30,790 nt of DNA from a virus (lineage: Duplodnaviria > Caudoviricetes), in the IMG/VR virus record IMGVR_UViG_3300032320_003436, positions 1 to 30,790 of that record; one strand, given 5' to 3'. A program made the translations under genes and the position numbers. Below the pieces are notes generated by a model. It was not told the origin of the DNA. It saw only the letters and a list, made by a program, of their open reading frames with translations, and ran no database searches. This document shows positions 26,876-30,790 of the stretch, one piece after another; position 1 is the first letter of the stretch, and each line of letters opens with the position of its first letter.

Positions 26876-27619
26876 TGCTCTAGTAAAGAAAGTGGCGTTG
26901 ATTTCTATAATACCATTTTCAAGGGCAATAAAAATATTTTCTACCTCTCTAGTTGCTTGGATAAATTCAATAATTTGAGCATTTAGTGATACAGGTAGAT
27001 TTTCTACTATACTCAAACAGTCCTTTACAGATATATTATTGAAATCACAATTGTTATCTTCTATACTAACATTTTTTATAAATTTTATTATTTCATAAAT
27101 ATATAAATTACCTAAAATATCACCATAGTCTACCCCTTGAGATTGATTTTTAACGTCACTTATAAATTCTCCATTTACTTGAATATCTCTTTGCAAAGAG
27201 GGTATTTCCAGAGTTATTTTTATATTATGAAAGTCTATATTTTGAGTATCCTTAAGACTATATTGTCGAAAGCTTTTAATGCCTTTCTCTACAACTTTAG
27301 ATAATTTAATTTCCTTGCCTTTATAATTATATAAATCTTTTATAGCGCAAGATCGAAGGCCCACAGCTATAGCGTACCTATCATAAACTTTAAAATTAAT
27401 TTGCTCCTCTGCATTCGATATTATAATATTATTAATGACCTGACTCAGAGACGCGCCGGAGATAGCCCCGTCCATTGACGTTTTAATTAAGTCTTTTTGT
27501 TGCTTAATATTTAAAGGCTTAAATTTAGCTTCTCGACCTATACTTGGTACAAAAACCTGCACACTACTTTCTTCGTTAATTTTATTAAGCTTGTTAAGGA
27601 GATCGGACGAGATGCTCAT
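26873..27619 (-). CDS. gp26: Baseplate hub assembly protein, T4 gp26-like (248 aa)
   Basis: VFVPSIGREAKFKPLNIKQQKDLI, VYDRYAI...LR, ITLEIPSL and IVENLP match the gp26 pattern. Confidence 0.75.
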   Translation of the reverse strand: MSISSDLLNKLNKINEESSVQVFVPSIGREAKFKPLNIKQQKDLIKTSMDGAISGASLSQVINNIIISNAEEQINFKVYDRYAIAVGLRSCAIKDLYNYKGKEIKLSKVVEKGIKSFRQYSLKDTQNIDFHNIKITLEIPSLQRDIQVNGEFISDVKNQSQGVDYGDILGNLYIYEIIKFIKNVSIEDNNCDFNNISVKDCLSIVENLPVSLNAQIIEFIQATREVENIFIALENGIIEINATFFTRA

Positions 27620-27624
27620 TTTAC

Positions 27625-27632
27625 TATTTATA
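27625..27632 (-). promoter_or_regulatory. TATAAATA box
   Basis: 5 nt before ATG 27619. Confidence 0.75.
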
Positions 27633-27648
27633 TCTTATTGATTTTTTA

Positions 27649-28455
27649 TCAACTATTTCTCTCAATCATGCTCTTTTCATATACTTTATATAAAGAAAAG
27701 AAGTCCTTTGGGGTCATATCATAATAAGAATTTAAATTCCCGTTAAATTGCTTCATAAAAATTAAAGCATTGTTAAAATGAGTGCGAATATCATTTTTAA
27801 ATATAGAAATTAAAAATTCAAGCATAACATTGCCGTTAATAGAAATATTAAGAGGGGGTATTAAAATAGAGGAGCTCTGCGGGGCAATATTAATGATTTC
27901 CATCGATATGTCATTATAATATTTTATTATTTCATTTAAAATATTAGATGGGAGAGAATTTAAAAATAAAGTTTTTTCTTGTAATGTAAAATTTTTATAG
28001 TAGAAGCTTTGATTATTGTACCTTACGCAATATATTATTGATTCCATTATATCATCAATACCCTCGATATAAAGGAGTGATGGCGAATTTAAAACTATTT
28101 CCATATCGTTAACGTTAATAGTTTTGGGTTGTATGTATTCCTTTATATTAATTTTATTAATTAAATTTTTTATTTGAGTTTCCGCGCTACTACCCGGTAT
28201 TACGAATGATATATCATCGTGAATGCAATTTCTGTATATATCTAGCCAAATTATAAATTTTTCTATACAGGTTAGCTTACTATATATTTCTTCATTAATA
28301 ATTAATTCTTTTAATGCTTCTTCAAAAAAAATACTAATATTTTTCTTTTCTTCACCCGCACAAAATTTAGCTAAATCAAAATAATTTTTATTGGTAAATT
28401 CCTTTAGCTTTGCTGTATCATTAATTCTTGCCAAATATGTAGAAATAATAAACAT
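27649..28455 (-). CDS. Second gp26-like hub protein with gp51-like C-terminus (268 aa)
   Basis: LTCIEKFIIWLDIYRNCI, IVLNSPSL, FTLQEKTLFLNSLP. C-terminal YYDMTPKDFFSLYKVY resembles the gp51 M.P.E...Y motif. Confidence 0.55.
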   Translation of the reverse strand: MFIISTYLARINDTAKLKEFTNKNYFDLAKFCAGEEKKNISIFFEEALKELIINEEIYSKLTCIEKFIIWLDIYRNCIHDDISFVIPGSSAETQIKNLINKINIKEYIQPKTINVNDMEIVLNSPSLLYIEGIDDIMESIIYCVRYNNQSFYYKNFTLQEKTLFLNSLPSNILNEIIKYYNDISMEIINIAPQSSSILIPPLNISINGNVMLEFLISIFKNDIRTHFNNALIFMKQFNGNLNSYYDMTPKDFFSLYKVYEKSMIERNS

Positions 28456-28475
28456 AGTAAAATTGACGAAGTCCG

Positions 28476-29312
28476 TTACCTACCCGGGCCGCCGCGATTA
28501 TTTCTGCCTCGCTGATCCCGCGGGCCCGTAACTTCCTCGAGAGCATCGCGCGTGTCCTCATTATCGAACGCTCCTCTAGACGCCTGAACTTCGCGTTCAG
28601 CTGCAGCAGTACCGTCACTTATAGCATAACTGTCAAAACACCAACTGGAATCATAGCTTACAAGCTTGCTTTCATAGTTTAATGGCATGCTACCTATCGA
28701 AGTTGGGGTACATCCGTAATAATCAAACCGCTTTCTTATTGAGATTGAGGGTTTATTAATGGTATCATCGTCAGCGTTAATTTTAATTTTACTATATTGA
28801 TAAATAATTATATCTGACTTAATAATATTATTACTAGTAGCAATTCTACCCAAGTGAGAAGCCAAAATCATCCATGGTCGAATAATATAATCTGCAAAAG
28901 ATAAATTAGTTTCTCTAAACTTAATACTTAGCTTCTTCTGAGAAAAGGGCTGTCTATTTTTTGTATAAATCCCCGGTATAATACCGCCTGTCGTGCCGTC
29001 CTCCCCTATCGTAGCATCGGCGACTCCGTACATATCATCTATAAGAGTGACTTCGTCTGCAAAAATACAGCCTACGTTATCCCCGTCGCCCGCGGCAATA
29101 TTACTATCATTTAAAGGATTTAATAACCGGTCTCTATTTCCTTTATTTACATTCCAATTCGAGCCACGATATTCAAGTTCTTGGACCAGTTCGAGAGATT
29201 CTTTTAGTTTATCAGGAATAGTTATAAAAACCGCCCATTGAGAAGAAAATGGTATATGAAATTCGGCAGTACCAATTAACTTTGCAAATAGGTTTATTGC
29301 TTTATCAGCCAT
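28476..29312 (-). CDS. Tail-tube-fold protein (gp19/gp54-like; 278 aa)
   Basis: LSIKFRET...IIRPWM...IIIYQY...RKRFDYYGCTPTSIGSMPLNYE...WCFDSY follows the tube fold. Confidence 0.65.
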   Translation of the reverse strand: MADKAINLFAKLIGTAEFHIPFSSQWAVFITIPDKLKESLELVQELEYRGSNWNVNKGNRDRLLNPLNDSNIAAGDGDNVGCIFADEVTLIDDMYGVADATIGEDGTTGGIIPGIYTKNRQPFSQKKLSIKFRETNLSFADYIIRPWMILASHLGRIATSNNIIKSDIIIYQYSKIKINADDDTINKPSISIRKRFDYYGCTPTSIGSMPLNYESKLVSYDSSWCFDSYAISDGTAAAEREVQASRGAFDNEDTRDALEEVTGPRDQRGRNNRGGPGR

Positions 29313-29332
29313 AGCATCTTATTAGGCCGCCT

Positions 29333-30010
29333 TCATCTCCGCGGTTGTTCACCTGACGGCAACACTGCGCCTCCGCCGCCGCCATCCGACGGTATAGTCA
29401 TTCCATTAATACCTTTATCCGCGTCAGTCTGGGCTTCTAGATCTATATAATAATGGTATGCTATCTTTACTTCAAACGACACAACATCGCCTTTGCCGTC
29501 AGATATTTTATAATCTAAATTGCCCACGTCTCTTATAGAGGCCCCTATAAGCCTATATGTCCTAACACTCTCAAGGGCTTTATCAATCTGATGCAGAACG
29601 ATTGTCGCATTTGCCCCGGCCACTCTATAATCTCCGGTAGTACCCCTTGTACCGGGGATTACATTATCACCAGCGGATGGGTCAGCGTCTTGGAATACTC
29701 GACGCGATTCTCTTAAAAATTTAGAATGAATCTTAGATCCGGCGTCACAATAAAATTTAATAGTATACCCTTCCGCGTTACCGTATTTTACAGACCCGGG
29801 CACATTAAAGGTTAGACCTCTATACGGAACGGGTATATTTTCAATTGTCCGGGCAGGAACCGAGGCGGCAGTTGCATATATTAAGTCATTCGGCCCGAAT
29901 CCCTCCTCCCCGTCTCCGAACTTAATTTCAACAACCCTAAACAAAAAATCTCGCGAAAAGTCTCTAAGGGTAGCCGCCTGAAAAAATTGGGTTATTGTTT
30001 GATCACTCAT
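29333..30010 (-). CDS. gp19: Tail tube protein, T4 gp19-like (225 aa)
   Basis: RDFLFRV, ATAASVPARTIENIPVPYRG..FNVPG..KY...YTIKFYCD, LHQID...VRTYRLIG.....VGNLDY, VSFEVKIAYHYY. Confidence 0.82.
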   Translation of the reverse strand: MSDQTITQFFQAATLRDFSRDFLFRVVEIKFGDGEEGFGPNDLIYATAASVPARTIENIPVPYRGLTFNVPGSVKYGNAEGYTIKFYCDAGSKIHSKFLRESRRVFQDADPSAGDNVIPGTRGTTGDYRVAGANATIVLHQIDKALESVRTYRLIGASIRDVGNLDYKISDGKGDVVSFEVKIAYHYYIDLEAQTDADKGINGMTIPSDGGGGGAVLPSGEQPRR

Positions 30011-30015
30011 ACCAT

Positions 30016-30021
30016 TATTTA
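30016..30021 (-). promoter_or_regulatory. TAAATA box heading the tail operon
   Basis: 5 nt before ATG 30010. Confidence 0.7.
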
Positions 30022-30065
30022 TTCAATTTACTCCTTTTTTCCTAAAAAAAAGTTGATAAAATGGC

Positions 30066-30071
30066 TAAATA
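30066..30071 (+). promoter_or_regulatory. TAAATA box
   Basis: 6 nt before ATG 30078. Confidence 0.6.
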
Positions 30072-30077
30072 CCCTAT

Positions 30078-30257
30078 ATGGATACTAATACTATTATTGA
30101 TAGACTAAAAGCCTTAGTCGAGGAGTGGGAGACTTTTGAATGTAGCGACAATCAAGAGACCGACGAGTGGTGCTCTGCGACAGAAGATGCCCTATGGGGC
30201 TGCTCTGAGAAGCTCAATGATATAATTGCTGAATTCGAGGATGAGGAAATAATCTGA
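30078..30257 (+). CDS. Small highly acidic protein (59 aa; not in the ORF track)
   Basis: MDTNTIIDRLKALVEEWETFECSDNQETDEWCSATEDALWGCSEKLNDIIAEFEDEEII*. TAAATA 6 nt upstream; fills the intergenic gap. Confidence 0.7.
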   Translation: MDTNTIIDRLKALVEEWETFECSDNQETDEWCSATEDALWGCSEKLNDIIAEFEDEEII

Positions 30258-30327
30258 GTTGATTTAGGATTATCTGGAAGTAAATTACGTTGTGGTGGGC
30301 GAGAAAAAAGCCCTCATAATAAAAACT

Positions 30328-30790
30328 ATGGAAAATATTATAGTAACCGGCGGCGCCGGTTTTATAGGTAGCGCTGTGGTAAAGTACTTCCTCGAGAATA
30401 CCGACTACCATATTATTGTCATTGATAAACTAACATACGCTAGTAATGACTACGTAGCTAATCTCGCTAAAACCTCCTCTCGCGTTGAGTTAGTCGAGGA
30501 GTGTATACAGAATAGATATTATTTTAGATACCTCTTACACACGCGTAATCCTATAGGCATCATTCATCTCGCTGCCGAGTCCCACGTTGACCGCTCAATA
30601 AACTCTCCGCGACCCTTTATTGAGAATAATATTATAGGCACATTTGAGCTACTTGAATCGATAAGAAGCTATAAAAACGAGACCGGCAATGACTTAAGAT
30701 TTCATCACGTCAGCACTGATGAGGTTTTTGGGGACTTAGAACTTACAGACGATAAATTTAACGAAGATACAAAGTATAATCCATCTTCAC
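30328..30790 (+). CDS. rfbB: dTDP-glucose 4,6-dehydratase, 5' part (truncated by the window; not in the ORF track)
   Basis: MENIIVTGGAGFIGS, IDKLTYA, HLAAESHVDRSI, N+IGTF.LLE, RFHHVSTDEVFGDL, YNPSS. Confidence 0.95.
   Translation, partial: MENIIVTGGAGFIGSAVVKYFLENTDYHIIVIDKLTYASNDYVANLAKTSSRVELVEECIQNRYYFRYLLHTRNPIGIIHLAAESHVDRSINSPRPFIENNIIGTFELLESIRSYKNETGNDLRFHHVSTDEVFGDLELTDDKFNEDTKYNPSS

Noticed and set aside
13959-30010. Bacterial extracellular contractile injection system or tailocin
   Set aside because: The interspersed clamp loader, dUTPase, putative terS and T4-type late promoter boxes point to a replicating phage.
30034-30052. T-run/A-run inverted repeat in the divergent promoter gap
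   Set aside because: Homopolymer pairing is expected by chance in AT-rich DNA.
26-30411. Short antisense or overlapping ORFs in the track (e.g. 26-286, 9866-10087, 17329-17676, 26449-26883, 30214-30411)
   Set aside because: They are shadows of well-supported longer genes and show no recognisable protein motifs.
1-30790. Alternative genetic code (stop-codon recoding) as seen in some large phages
   Set aside because: Standard-code ORFs tile the window densely, and TAA, TAG (17989) and TGA (19934, 27649, 29333, 30257) all appear to act as stops.

Overview
AT-rich segment of a large T4-like (myovirus/jumbo) phage genome. Most genes lie on the - strand and form a contractile-tail and baseplate morphogenesis region. 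In transcription order: two tail-tube-fold genes, two gp26-like hub genes, a Pro-rich repeat protein in the tape-measure position, two gp48-like paralogs, gp53-like, gp27-like hub, gp25, gp6, several very large multidomain baseplate/adhesin proteins (PKD, beta-propeller, LamG, polyglycine) and the start of a probable tail fibre. An interspersed block carries a putative small terminase, dUTPase, a clamp-loader ATPase and two probable head-internal proteins, one with a pre-toxin-TG-like hairpin. The right end encodes a 59-aa very acidic protein that the ORF track misses, and the 5' part of dTDP-glucose 4,6-dehydratase. The clearest non-coding signal is a T4-late-type TAAATA box, usually 5-7 nt upstream of the start codon, at 14 genes with no evident Shine-Dalgarno, which suggests leaderless gene-by-gene late transcription. 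All family calls come from motif recognition and gene order by eye; no database search was run.
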